Shown here piece by piece: positions 36,027 through 46,240 of a stretch of DNA of 64,000 bases. The notes beneath the pieces are model-generated. The model did no database searches. It saw nothing but the letters and a program-made list of their open reading frames with translations, and was not told the DNA's origin. The translations under genes were made by a program, and so were the position numbers. The stretch comes from an uncultured Gammaproteobacteria bacterium (GTDB taxonomy: Bacteria; Pseudomonadota; Gammaproteobacteria; Steroidobacterales; Woeseiaceae). Positions within the stretch are counted from its first letter, which is position 1. Every line of letters begins with the position of its first letter. The DNA lies in assembly GCA_963842765.1 (NCBI GenBank), contig CAWJHR010000013.1, positions 15,256 to 79,255 of the forward strand, in the 5' to 3' direction.

Positions 36027-37301
36027 TTACTGTTCGTTGACGACCGAGTCCTGATCTTCGAGCTGCTCGTCCAGTTCTTCTTCGTCCGGTTCCTCTGCGT
36101 CGAATTTTTCGTGAGTGTCCGTCTGCTCAATCCGAATATCGTGGTACACGAGCTCATGGACACCGAGTGAAACGACGTCGCCGTGCCGAAGACGATACTT
36201 CTTGACCTGTTTTTCGCCGAGAAACACGCCGTTCGTGCTGTTGAGGTCTTCGATAACACAGCCACGATCGTCGCTGATGAGCTGTGCGTGGTGGCGACTG
36301 ACGAATTTGCTCTTGATATAGATTTCGTTGTCAGATGAGCGGCCGACGATGACCCGTCCCTGGGGAAAGCTGTGCTCTGCGACCAGTTCGCCGTTCGTGA
36401 AGATCTCGACGCGCGTTACGGTTCCACTCGATGCTCTTCTGCTGCTGCATATCCAGTATTTGCTGGTGCCGACCGGTGCTGCTCTCGTGCTCATGCCAGT
36501 TGAGTTCGTCGATCGCCGAGTGCACGTCGGCGTCTTCAACGACGTGTTTCTCGTCAGCGTACGCACAAAGCAGCGCGGTATCACACAGCGTATTAATCAA
36601 GTCGAGGAACGCCACCGGTGTAGCGGTGGATGGTGCGAAACGCCTCGTCGGCAAACAGGTCCTCGCCTATCGTGGCCCGCTATCGACAAACGGTGCGCGA
36701 TGTATTGCTCCATTTCGCGGAGATCCAGCGCGCCCAAGTGAAACCGCAGGCGGACGCGCTGTACCAGCTGCTTGAGGCCTGGCGAGTCCAGCGTGTCGCG
36801 CAGTTCGGGCTGTCCGGCAAGGATGATGCGCAGCACCTTTTCCTTGTGCGTTTCTATCCCCGAAATCAGGCGAATCTCTTCCAGCACCTTGTGGCTTAGA
36901 TTCTGTGCCTCATCGACAATGAGAACGACTTTCTTGTCGTTTGAGTATTGCTCGATCAGGAACATGTTGAGCATGTCGAGCAGCTCGACCTTGCGCTTCT
37001 TGAAGGGCTTGAAGCCAAACTCGGTGAGTACGGCCTGCAGGAACTGCGTTGGTGTCAACTGGGTCTGCGAGACGACGGCGTAGACAACGTCATCTTCGAG
37101 TTCCGATAAAAAAGACTGCAGCAAGGTGGTTTTACCGGAGCCGATTTCGCCGGTGATGACGACGAAACCGTCGGCCAGCCAGATTGTGGATTCCATGTAC
37201 GCCTTGGCGCGGGCGTGCTGCTTGCTCCAGTAGATGAAGTCCGGGTCAGGCGTGAGCCGAAAAGGCTGCGCGCTGAGATTGAAATGCTGCAAGTACGACA
37301 T
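36027..37301 (-). pseudogene. ExeA/MshM-like AAA+ ATPase fused to a C-terminal FHA domain, three frame disruptions in this sequence
   Basis: N-terminus MSYLQHFNLSAQPFRLTPDPDFIYW, Walker A GEIGSGKTT, Walker B LIVDEAQNL. By my translation it continues in other frames as GEDLFADEAFRTIHRYTGGVPRL / INTLCDTALLCAYADEKHV... / TVTRVEIFTNGELV...GRVIVGRSSDNEIYIKSKFVSRHHAQL...LNSTNGVF (FHA), then an acidic tail. The joins are at about 36668, about 36599 and about 36426. Confidence 0.8.
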
Positions 37302-37336
37302 ATCTGACGAGTTTACCCGTTTTTCCCACCCGGCGG

Positions 37337-38444
37337 CTACGGTCCTTTGCCGGATACCGGTGCCGACTGCGTCACAGTTTGCTCGATTACGTTCAGAAAC
37401 GCATCGCGCTGCTCGGCGCACTCGGCGACCACCGTGATATGTCCGAGCTTGCGGCCCGGCCGCGGTTCTTTTCCGTAGTCGTGCAGCGTGCCCTGGTCAA
37501 GCTCACGGGCAGCGGCGGGAATCTCGCCGATCAGGTTAAGCATGCCTGCGTGCCCGCGGCTTGCGGTCGAACCCAGTGGCAGCCCGGCGACGGCCCGGAG
37601 GTGGTTCTCAAACTGCGACGTAGCGGCGCCTTCGATCGTCCAGTGGCCCGAATTGTGGACGCGCGGCGCGAACTCGTTGGCCAGCAGCCGATTCCCCGAG
37701 CGCAAACAGCTCCAGCGCCAGCACGCCGACGTAATCCAGGTGCTCGAGCAGCTTGTGCGTGGCCGCCGCTGCAAGTTCGGCGAGTTCCGGCGCATCGACC
37801 GGTGATCGCGACGTATGCAGGATGCCGTTGCGGTGTACGTTGCGGGTTAACGGATAAATGCGCACGTTGCCGCGCGCGTCGCGCACCCCGATCGATGAGA
37901 CCTCAAAATCGAACGGCACCCACTGTTCGGCGATGAGCGCCTGGCCACGCAGCGCACGCCACGCAGCATCGACATCGTCACTGGTTCGAACGACGAACTG
38001 GCCTTTGCCGTCATAACCCAATCGTCGGGTCTTGACGACCAGGGGTAGCCCGAGCTCTGTGGCCGCCGCGACCAGGTCTGCGCGCGTGTCAACGGCACGA
38101 TAGCCTGGTAATGGCACGCCGAGCTCCTCGAAGAGTTGTTTCTCGTCCAGGCGATCCTGGGCGTGCCGCAGAGCTGTCGCTGGCGGGTAGACGGGCACGC
38201 TACCCTCGATTTGCTGTAATGCGGCGACCGGCACGTTTTCGAATTCGTAAGTGATGACGTCGCAGCTTGCGGCCATGTCAGCCAGTGCGTCAGGATCGCC
38301 AAATGGGCGCTGCACGACCGGCCCGCAACACGCGGCCGGGGGCGCGGGCGATGGATCCAGAAAACAGACCTCCAGCTCCAGGTCCCGGGCAGCTAATCCC
38401 AGCATCTGGCCGAGCTGACCGGCGCCGATTATGCCGATGCGCAT
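37337..38444 (-). pseudogene. purK: N5-carboxyaminoimidazole ribonucleotide synthase, one frame disruption in this sequence
   Basis: MRIGIIGAGQLGQMLGLAA... (ORF 37608..38507) joins ORF 37337..37795 at the cccc run 37694..37697 (LALELFALG / NRLLANEFAPRVHNSGHWTIEGA). Confidence 0.92.
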
Positions 38445-38448
38445 GAGC

Positions 38449-38937
38449 TTATTGTGTCGGGTCGTTGTTAGCCAGGACAGTATCGGTCTGCTTGCGACGG
38501 AACGCATCCAGTGCTGTTGCTACCTTCGGGTCGCCAAGCGCGACAATGGCAGCCGCCAACAGCGCGGCGTTAACAGCACCGGCGTTACCGATTGCCATGC
38601 TGCCGACCGGAATGCCGGCAGGCATCTGCACTATCGACAGCAAGGAGTCCATGCCGCTCAGTGCTTTCGATTCCACGGGCACGCCCAGCACGGGCAGGCG
38701 GGTTTTCGCAGCGGTCATACCGGGCAAATGTGCGGCGCCACCGGCGCCGGCTATGATGACCTTAAGACCGCGCTCGACCGCCGACTCCGCGTATTCAAAC
38801 AACAGGTCAGGCGTGCGATGTGCCGATACGACGCGCACCTCGTGGGAGACTCCAAGCTCATTGAGCGTGTCCCTGGCGCGACGCATTGTTTCCCAGTCCG
38901 AGCGGGACCCCATGATGATGCCGACGTCGATATTCAT
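38449..38937 (-). CDS. purE: 5-(carboxyamino)imidazole ribonucleotide mutase
   Basis: [14 protein letters not shown]...VSAHRTPD...[10 protein letters not shown] motifs. Confidence 0.96.
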   Translation of the reverse strand: MNIDVGIIMGSRSDWETMRRARDTLNELGVSHEVRVVSAHRTPDLLFEYAESAVERGLKVIIAGAGGAAHLPGMTAAKTRLPVLGVPVESKALSGMDSLLSIVQMPAGIPVGSMAIGNAGAVNAALLAAAIVALGDPKVATALDAFRRKQTDTVLANNDPTQ

Positions 38938-38971
38938 CGCGAAAGTCTATCACTATTGTCGCTATTGTTGA

Positions 38972-39232
38972 TTAACGGCGCAGCTGCGCCAGCGCAGCAC
39001 GGATGGGTTCCGGGTCGATATTACGCATCAACTTGCCGATGTACTGTTTTTGCCGCCGCAGCGCACCGTGCGCTTTGATGCGGCGCGCCTCGAGCACGGC
39101 ATCGAGCAGTTCCTCGTCCAGCTGCATGCCCAGCAGGTCGGGTTCCTTGACCGTGAGCAGCTCTTCGCCCAGCCGCTGCAGGGCGATGTATTCTCTCTTT
39201 CTTGCACTTTTGCTGGGCTTTAATTCAGTCAC
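38972..39232 (-). CDS. yjgA: YjgA/DarP (DUF615)-like ribosome-associated protein, short form (86 aa)
   Basis: SKSARKREYIALQRLGEELL...EARRIKAHGALRRQKQYIGKLMRNIDPEPIRAAL aligns by eye with the central part of E. coli YjgA. It is divergent from pmbA, as in E. coli. Confidence 0.7.
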   Translation of the reverse strand: MTELKPSKSARKREYIALQRLGEELLTVKEPDLLGMQLDEELLDAVLEARRIKAHGALRRQKQYIGKLMRNIDPEPIRAALAQLRR

Positions 39233-39330
39233 CGGCTAAAGTACTCCCGCAGTTAGTCCCGACCGCCGCGACCGGAGTTTATCACGCAAAATTGCGGCGC
39301 ACTGACCGCGCACAAGGGAACGGAATTTCA

Positions 39331-40650
39331 ATGACACCAAAAGAACTCGAAGGCCTGGTAAAGCTGGCACTCGAAGAGGCTAAAAAACTGGGGGCCGATC
39401 AGGCCGAAGTTGGCGCCAGCCACGACAAGGGATTGTCCGCGACGGCGCGCCTTGGCGATGTGGAAAATCTCGAATACACCAGCGATCGTGGCATCGGCAT
39501 TACCGTGTACAAGGATTTCTGCAAAGGCAGTGCCAGCACATCGGATATTTCGGCGGATGCGATACGCGAAGCGGTGGCCAAAGCCTGCACCTTTGCGAAA
39601 GTGACAGCGGCGGACAAGTACGCGGGGCTCGCGGATGCCGAGCTCATGTGCACCGAGATCAAAGACCTTGGGCTCGATCATTCGTGGAGCATCGAGGCGC
39701 AAGATGCCATCGAACTCGCGATCGAGACCGAAGCAGCGGCTTTGCAGTTCGACAAACGCATCAGCAACTCCGAGGGTGCGACCGTGGCAACAAATCGCGG
39801 CACGCGTACCTACGGCAACTCGCACGGCTTTATTGGCAGCGTCTCACGCACCAGTCACAGCATTACCTGTGTCGTGCTGGCCGAGTCGGATGGCGTCATG
39901 CAGCGCGATTACCACTACACGGCCGCGCGCTCGCCCGAGGATCTCGATGACGCGGCGTCGGTCGGTCGCACGGCGGCAAAACGCGTGCTGGACCGACTCG
40001 GTGCCAGGAAGCTTACGACACGGCGCGCACCGGTATTGTTCACGCCGGAACTTGCGCGCGGTTTTATCGGTCACGCCGTGGGGGCAGTATCTGGCGGTGC
40101 GCAGTACCGACGCTCGTCATTCCTGCTCGATGCCAAAGGCAAAAAAATATTCCCGGATTTTGTGAACGTCGAGGAACGCCCGCACCTGCATAAGGGCATG
40201 GCGAGCAAGCCCTACGATGCTGACGGTGTGGCCACTTACGATCGCGATCTGTTTGTCGGCGGAGTGCTGCAGGACTACGTCCTGAGCAGCTATTCGGCGC
40301 GTCGCCTGGGACTCACGACGACGGCTAATGCCGGTGGGACGCAAAACCTGGTGGTGCCAGGCGGCGGCAAAGACCTCGCCGAACTCGTGGCGCAGATGGG
40401 CACCGGGTTGCTGGTCGAGGAATTGATCGGTCAGGGTGTCAATGGCGTCACCGGCGATTATTCGCGCGGCGCGGTTGGACACTGGGTCGAAAATGGCGAG
40501 ATTCGATACCCGGTGCACGAAGTCACCATTGCGGGAAACCTCCTCGAGCTTTATCCGCGCATTGTTGCGATTGGCGATGACCAGGATTTGCGCGGCGGGA
40601 TTCGCTGCGGCTCGTTGCTGCTCGAGGAGATGACTATCGCCGGGGCTTAG
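39331..40650 (+). CDS. pmbA: Metalloprotease PmbA (TldE)
   Basis: 439 aa; the C-terminus GVNGVTGDYSRGAVGHWVENGEIRYPVHEVTIAGNL is typical of PmbA; synteny with yjgA. Confidence 0.92.
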   Translation: MTPKELEGLVKLALEEAKKLGADQAEVGASHDKGLSATARLGDVENLEYTSDRGIGITVYKDFCKGSASTSDISADAIREAVAKACTFAKVTAADKYAGLADAELMCTEIKDLGLDHSWSIEAQDAIELAIETEAAALQFDKRISNSEGATVATNRGTRTYGNSHGFIGSVSRTSHSITCVVLAESDGVMQRDYHYTAARSPEDLDDAASVGRTAAKRVLDRLGARKLTTRRAPVLFTPELARGFIGHAVGAVSGGAQYRRSSFLLDAKGKKIFPDFVNVEERPHLHKGMASKPYDADGVATYDRDLFVGGVLQDYVLSSYSARRLGLTTTANAGGTQNLVVPGGGKDLAELVAQMGTGLLVEELIGQGVNGVTGDYSRGAVGHWVENGEIRYPVHEVTIAGNLLELYPRIVAIGDDQDLRGGIRCGSLLLEEMTIAGA

Positions 40651-42002
40651 GCCTCGGTGGCCGGAGGCTTTGGCGCGGGGTCCAGTTCGTCGAGCAGGTC
40701 GGAGAGCGATCGTCCGGCCAGCGTCGATTCGACGGCTGCGTCGACGTCATCGCCCAGTTTCTGAATGATGGCGCTCCATCTTGGGTCCTGGTAGGAGCCG
40801 GTTTCGCCATCGATACGCACGACTTTCAAAATATCCGTTAACAAGATGCGCGACATTTCACGGCCTGGCGTTAACTGTTCGTGTTCGTTGGTTGCCAGGA
40901 GGCCGTTGTTTTCGAGCGCCTCGACGATCGGCCCAATCGTGATCGACGGGATGCGCAGATTGCTGCTCAACTCTGCCAGGGTGACGGTCCTGTCGTGGCT
41001 CCTGAAGGCGCTGCCGACCTTCAGCATCGTGTTCAGCGCCAGCCGTTCGCGCATCGAGTTGGAGAGACGAGGTTCGCGCCGCCCGATCCGCAGGTAAGCC
41101 GGGTTCTGGACATAAAAGGCGAGCTGCGCGCCGATCAGCAGGATGAGCCAATTCAGGTACAGCCAGATAAGTGTCGTGATGGCAATCGCGAAGCTCGCAT
41201 AGATCGCCTGAATACGCGCCGAGTTGGCCAGCACCACGGCGAAAATGACGCTTGCCGTTGCCCACAGAAAACCACCGGCCAGGCCACCAACCAGCGCTGC
41301 GCGCAAACGCACCTGTGTGTTCGGCATGTAAACGTAGAGAAACGTGAACGCAGCACTGACGAGCAGAAAGGGCGTCAGCTTGCTGCTGACCACAAACAGC
41401 GGACCCAGGATGTCGTTCTCGATCAGCGCCTGCACAATCGACTCGTTCTGGAGCGTCGTGATCATGCCAAGCGCAACAACGATCAGAACCGGACCGACCA
41501 GTAGCACGAGCATGTACTCGGTGAAGCGACGAGCAAAACTGCGGGCCTTGGTCACGTACCAGACGTAATTGAAGCTCTCTTCGACCTTCTGCACCATCGA
41601 AATGGCGGTATAGATAAAAAACGCCAGACCGATGCCGCCGAGCACGCTGCCGTTGACGTTGTTTACCAGCATCATCAGCTTGTCGCCGATTTCCACGCCT
41701 TTGTCACCGAGTGGCTCGAGTATCGTGTAGAGCCGCACCTCGAGGCCTTTGTGGACGCCAAGGCCCTTGAGTACCGAAAAGCTGAACGCGATGAGGGGCA
41801 CGACCGACAATAACGTCGTATAAACCAGGCTCATCGAACGGAGCGTGAGCTGGCCCGAGAAAATATCGCGCAGCAGGGCGTACAGGTAGCGCAGTATGCC
41901 GCGGGCAATGCGACCGGGCGGGCCGTATTTTGCCAACACATCGCCCCATACGATGCGCTCGACGTAATTGACTAAATTACCGATCATCCAGCCATTGTAC
42001 AT
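40647..42002 (-). CDS. YihY/BrkB-family inner-membrane protein with a C-terminal soluble extension
   Basis: 451 aa. The N-terminal six-helix YihY-like core (LTLRSMSLVYTTLLSVVPLIAF...) is followed by about 130 non-hydrophobic residues. Confidence 0.8.
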   Translation of the reverse strand: MYNGWMIGNLVNYVERIVWGDVLAKYGPPGRIARGILRYLYALLRDIFSGQLTLRSMSLVYTTLLSVVPLIAFSFSVLKGLGVHKGLEVRLYTILEPLGDKGVEIGDKLMMLVNNVNGSVLGGIGLAFFIYTAISMVQKVEESFNYVWYVTKARSFARRFTEYMLVLLVGPVLIVVALGMITTLQNESIVQALIENDILGPLFVVSSKLTPFLLVSAAFTFLYVYMPNTQVRLRAALVGGLAGGFLWATASVIFAVVLANSARIQAIYASFAIAITTLIWLYLNWLILLIGAQLAFYVQNPAYLRIGRREPRLSNSMRERLALNTMLKVGSAFRSHDRTVTLAELSSNLRIPSITIGPIVEALENNGLLATNEHEQLTPGREMSRILLTDILKVVRIDGETGSYQDPRWSAIIQKLGDDVDAAVESTLAGRSLSDLLDELDPAPKPPATEA

Positions 42003-42054
42003 CCTGCATGCACAACGGGCTGCGATCTTGTACCGCGAAACGGCAATCGCCCGA

Positions 42055-42110
42055 CATATTTATTGGCGGACTGTCTCGCTGGCGCTCGCTTTATGTCTCG
42101 CCAATAAATA
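42055..42110. repeat. Perfect 13-bp AT-rich inverted repeat with a 30-nt spacer
   Basis: atatttattggcg (42055..42067) and cgccaataaatat (42098..42110), in the purC-yihY intergenic region 50-110 nt upstream of the yihY start. Confidence 0.9.
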
Positions 42111-42159
42111 TCTCGTGCGCTTGCCTCCCTCGGAGCGAGGCCTGGTTGGTGTATCGGGG

Positions 42160-43053
42160 TCAGGTTTTCGTCATGCGCTCGAGGGCTTCCCGGTATTTGT
42201 CGCCGGTGCGCTTTAAGATTTCGGCCGGGAGATCGGGGCCGGGCGCGGTCTTGTCCCAGTCAAGCGTATCGAGGTAGTCGCGAACAAACTGCTTGTCGAA
42301 GCTCGGCGGGCTGATGCCGACGGCATAGCCGTCGACCGGCCAGAATCGTGACGAATCCGGCGTTAGTACCTCGTCAATGAGGTACAGGCGGCCTTCCGCA
42401 TCGAGCCCGAATTCGAACTTGGTATCGGCAATGATGATGCCGCGCGCAAGCGCGTAAGCTGCCGCGCGCTCATAAACTGCAATGGCCGCGTCGCGCACCC
42501 GCGCGGCCAGCTTCTCGCCAACAAGATCGGCCACCTGCGCAAAACTGATGTTCTCATCGTGACTACCGGCGGCTGCCTTGCTCGATGGCGTGAACAGCGT
42601 CTGCCCCAGCTTCTCGGCCTGCTGCAGACCCGCCGGCAGGTCGATGCCGCAGACCTGGCCGGTGGCCTGGTAGTCGCGCCAGCCGGAGCCAATCAGGTAG
42701 CCGCGCACGACAGCTTCGATGGGCAACGGCTGCAAGCGCTTGACCACCAGCGAGCGGTTTCTGAGCTGCTCGCGGAGTTCCGGATCCGTGATGACGTCGT
42801 CCACGCGCAGTTCGGTTAGCTGAGTGTCAATGATGTCAGCCATCATGCGAAACCAGAACAGGGAGATACGGGTCAGGATCTCGCCCTTGCCCGGAACGGG
42901 ATCGGGCATCACCACGTCGTACGCAGACAGGCGATCTGTCGTCACGATCAGCAGATGGTCGTCATCGACACCGTAGATGTCGCGAACCTTGCCGCGACCC
43001 AGGAGCGGCAATTCGGGAATAGAGGATTCGAACAACACGTCTGCAGCGTTCAT
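42160..43053 (-). CDS. purC: Phosphoribosylaminoimidazole-succinocarboxamide synthase
   Basis: [46 protein letters not shown], the long-form SAICAR synthetase. The ORF-track start at 43119 is an extension. Confidence 0.93.
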   Translation of the reverse strand: MNAADVLFESSIPELPLLGRGKVRDIYGVDDDHLLIVTTDRLSAYDVVMPDPVPGKGEILTRISLFWFRMMADIIDTQLTELRVDDVITDPELREQLRNRSLVVKRLQPLPIEAVVRGYLIGSGWRDYQATGQVCGIDLPAGLQQAEKLGQTLFTPSSKAAAGSHDENISFAQVADLVGEKLAARVRDAAIAVYERAAAYALARGIIIADTKFEFGLDAEGRLYLIDEVLTPDSSRFWPVDGYAVGISPPSFDKQFVRDYLDTLDWDKTAPGPDLPAEILKRTGDKYREALERMTKT

Positions 43054-43195
43054 TGACAAAAGCGCTCGTTTGGCCGGACACAGGTAGTGAATGATCACCT
43101 GTCCACAACGTTCAGGCAAGGCCGGGCATTGGGAAAGCCCGCTGGCAACCGTTAGGATACCGATTCTTCACGTTGCCCGATGGCGGGAATCTCGA

Positions 43196-43990
43196 TTGTA
43201 CTGGGGCAAGATCATAGGCACGCTGGCCGGGCTGGCAACTTTGAAGCCGTGGTTTGTCGTTCTCGGGCTGTTTCTCGGTCATCAGTTCGACCGTGGCTTC
43301 GCCGATCGCTTTAAGGACTTCCAGAAACAGGGCGAGGACATTGGTCGTGTCTCCGAGGACTTTGTGCGCGCCCTGTTCCAGACGATGGGGCATCTTGCCA
43401 AGATCGACGGTCGTGTCTCCGAGGATGAGATTCGGGCGGCACGCATGATCATGCATCGCCTTGGATTGGGGCCGGCCGCGGTGCGCCGTGCGATTGCCTG
43501 GTTTGATAGCGGCAAGACACCCGGGTTTCCATTGCTGAAGACGGTGCGCACAGTGCGTCGCAATGGTGCGCGAGGTGCCGGCAAGCGCGTGCTGTTCGTG
43601 CGCCTGTTGCTGGAGGTAGTGCTGGCAAAAGACGCACTGAGCAAAGCTGAGCGCACGCTGATCTGGACTGTTTGTAATGAGCTGGATATTGGTCGTGTCG
43701 AACTGGCGCAGCTGGAAGCGATGATCCGTGCGCAGAAAGGCTTCAAACGCTCGCCGGCCGGCAGTGCTGACGCCGCGCGCGTACGCGCTGCTTACGAAGC
43801 GCTCGGTGTTGCACCGGATACGAGCAACGATGAGATAAAAATCGCGTACCGGCGCTTGATGAATCGCAACCACCCGGACAAGATTACTGGCAGCAATCCC
43901 GATGCGGCCGTACTTGCCGAGGCCGAGCGTCGCACGCGAGAGGTACGCAGGGCCTACGAAATGCTGAAGGCGCGGCGCTCGATTCGGTAA
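43196..43990 (+). CDS. djlA: Co-chaperone DjlA
   Basis: A TTG start gives [13 protein letters not shown] (E. coli DjlA starts MQYWGKIIG). TerB-like middle region and C-terminal J domain [12 protein letters not shown]. Confidence 0.85.
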   Translation: MYWGKIIGTLAGLATLKPWFVVLGLFLGHQFDRGFADRFKDFQKQGEDIGRVSEDFVRALFQTMGHLAKIDGRVSEDEIRAARMIMHRLGLGPAAVRRAIAWFDSGKTPGFPLLKTVRTVRRNGARGAGKRVLFVRLLLEVVLAKDALSKAERTLIWTVCNELDIGRVELAQLEAMIRAQKGFKRSPAGSADAARVRAAYEALGVAPDTSNDEIKIAYRRLMNRNHPDKITGSNPDAAVLAEAERRTREVRRAYEMLKARRSIR

Positions 43991-44076
43991 CTTTGCCTGG
44001 TGTGGCAACGGTTTGTGATTGGCGTTGCTGGAGTACTCAGGTAACCTCGCAGTCCTCAAATGCGAAAGGACCAGCC

Positions 44077-44757
44077 GTGACGCCCTTGATCGCCCCTTCG
44101 ATACTCTCTGCCGATTTCGCCCGTTTGGGCGAAGACGTCAAAGCCGTTCTGGATGCCGGTGCTGACATTGTTCACTTCGACGTCATGGACAATCACTTCG
44201 TGCCGAACCTGACGATCGGTCCGATGATTTGCGATGCCCTGCGCAACTTCGGCATCGAAGCGCCCATCGATGTGCACCTGATGGTCGAGCCCGTCGATCG
44301 CATTATCCCGGACTTTGCAAAGTCCGGCGCAAGCTACATTACGTTTCACCCCGAGGCGAGTCGCCACGTTGATCGCTCGCTTGGCTTGATCAGGGAGCAG
44401 GGCTGCAAGTCAGGGCTGGTCTTCAACCCCGCAACGCCACTGGACTGGCTCGAGCACGTGCTGGACAAGGTCGACATGGTGTTGCTGATGTCGGTAAACC
44501 CGGGCTTTGGCGGGCAGAAGTTCATTCCGTCGACGCTGGAGAAGCTGCGCACGGCGCGGCGCATCATCGACGCCAGTGGCTATGACATCAGACTGGAAAT
44601 CGACGGCGGAGTGAAGGTCGATAACATCGGGGATATCGCCGCAGCGGGTGCCGACACGTTCGTTGCCGGATCCGCCATATTCGGCAGTGACGACTACGCC
44701 GCGACTATTGGCGCCATGCGCTCGGCCATTCGCTCGGCGATAGCGAAAGCTGTCTAG
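44077..44757 (+). CDS. rpe: Ribulose-phosphate 3-epimerase
   Basis: A GTG start with aaagga 6 nt upstream gives [21 protein letters not shown]...[12 protein letters not shown]...[10 protein letters not shown]. Confidence 0.94.
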   Translation: MTPLIAPSILSADFARLGEDVKAVLDAGADIVHFDVMDNHFVPNLTIGPMICDALRNFGIEAPIDVHLMVEPVDRIIPDFAKSGASYITFHPEASRHVDRSLGLIREQGCKSGLVFNPATPLDWLEHVLDKVDMVLLMSVNPGFGGQKFIPSTLEKLRTARRIIDASGYDIRLEIDGGVKVDNIGDIAAAGADTFVAGSAIFGSDDYAATIGAMRSAIRSAIAKAV

Positions 44758-45407
44758 AAGTTTCTGTTCGGCCGCGCGCCGAATACAACAATAGTCTTGC
44801 CGCTCGCTGACACCAGGCCCTGTTCCTCGAGCACCTTGAGAACGCGTCCGGCCATTTCTCGCGAACAACCAACCAACCGGCTGAGTTCCTGGCGACTCAC
44901 CTTGATCTGCATGCCGTCCGGGTGTGTCATGGCGTCGGGTTCATTGCAGAGATCCATGATCGCGTGGGCCACGCGTCCGGTGACGTCGACAAATGCGAGG
45001 TCGCCGAGCTTGCGGTTGGTGCGGTCAAGTCGTGAGGCCAGCTGCGTGGCCAGTTCGAAAATCAGGCCCGGGCTCTCACTCGCAATCTGGCGGAAGCGTG
45101 GATACGTCATTTCGGCGATTTCGCATTCTGTGCGCGTACGCACCCAGGCGCTGCGCGTGGGCTGTTCGTAGAACAGGCCCATTTCGCCGAAAAACTGACC
45201 TTTGTTCAGGTACGCAAGAACCATCTCGTTGCCGTCTTCGTCCTCGATCATGACTTCGACCGAGCCGTCCACGATGTAGTAAAGAACGTCCGGCAAATCC
45301 CCGGCATGGATCATTACGGTTTTCGATGGCACGGTGCGCACCCGGCAGTAACTCAAGAATCGGTTGATTGCCGGTACATCGCTCAGGTTTTTCGCTGTTG
45401 TCTGCAT
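44754..45407 (-). CDS. crp: Crp/Fnr-family transcription factor (CRP/Vfr/Clp-like)
   Basis: 217 aa with a cNMP-binding domain ([10 protein letters not shown]...RSAWVRTRT) and the [23 protein letters not shown]. Confidence 0.88.
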   Translation of the reverse strand: MQTTAKNLSDVPAINRFLSYCRVRTVPSKTVMIHAGDLPDVLYYIVDGSVEVMIEDEDGNEMVLAYLNKGQFFGEMGLFYEQPTRSAWVRTRTECEIAEMTYPRFRQIASESPGLIFELATQLASRLDRTNRKLGDLAFVDVTGRVAHAIMDLCNEPDAMTHPDGMQIKVSRQELSRLVGCSREMAGRVLKVLEEQGLVSASGKTIVVFGARPNRNF

Positions 45408-45509
45408 TACTTAATCCTCGCCCCTGTTGCGCACCTCTTTTAATACAGATTGCCTGCAAGGGCAAGCTAAGTGCGTGTTTTATCGTGTTTTATCGAGATA
45501 ACGTGATGA

Positions 45510-46154
45510 TCAGACCCAATAAGCGGTCCGGGTCATGATCTTTGCCGTTACCCGCATGAGTTGTTTGACTGGCCCTGGCAATTCGGCCGCGCCCGCGGCG
45601 ACGGCGTCTTCCCCGTGTTTATGCTCTTCGTCGCGCATTTGTGTGACGATTGCACGACTCTTTGCATCCGCCGCTGGCAGTCCCTGCAAATGTTTGTCGA
45701 GGTGGTCACACACCTGGCGCTCGGTCTCTGCAATGAAGCCCAGGCTCCACTTGTCACCCAGCAGACCGCTGGCAGCGCCGATCGCGAAGGCACCGGTGTA
45801 CCAAAGCGGGCTAAGCCGACTCGGGATTTCTCCCAGTTCGTGGAGGCGCTGCTCGCACCAGGCCAGGTGATCGAACTCCTCATCGGCCGCGTGCTGCATC
45901 TGCTCCTCGACAGCACTGTCCCTGGCAACAGCGGCATGGCCTTTGTAGAGCGCCTGTGCGGCAACCTCGCCGGCATGATTGACCCGCATCAGGCCGGCTG
46001 CGTGCGACCGCTGTGAGGCATTGAGCTCGCCTGCTGACACGGATGTCGCAGGATTCGGGCGTGTGGCGTGACCTGCCGGGGCTGCAATCGTGCGAAGGGC
46101 ATCGTTTGCGCCGGCCAGGAGACGGTCAATTGCGGAGAGTTCACGATTTGTCAC
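45510..46154 (-). CDS. coq7: Demethoxyubiquinone hydroxylase, di-iron Coq7 family
   Basis: [14 protein letters not shown]...EEFDHLAWC...[10 protein letters not shown]...RDEEHKHGE, the paired ExxH di-iron motifs of Coq7. Confidence 0.9.
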   Translation of the reverse strand: MTNRELSAIDRLLAGANDALRTIAAPAGHATRPNPATSVSAGELNASQRSHAAGLMRVNHAGEVAAQALYKGHAAVARDSAVEEQMQHAADEEFDHLAWCEQRLHELGEIPSRLSPLWYTGAFAIGAASGLLGDKWSLGFIAETERQVCDHLDKHLQGLPAADAKSRAIVTQMRDEEHKHGEDAVAAGAAELPGPVKQLMRVTAKIMTRTAYWV

Positions 46155-46240
46155 AAATTCATTATAGCGAACCCGCGCTCTCTGACGGTATACTCCGCAG
46201 CCATTTTTTGTAGCAACAGCATAACTTCAGGAGAAAATTC

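Noticed and set aside
44754-44757. Convergent rpe and crp share their stop codons in the palindrome CTAG. pmbA and yihY overlap similarly at 40647..40650.
   Set aside because: This is ordinary tail-to-tail overlap of convergent genes, with no evidence of functional significance.
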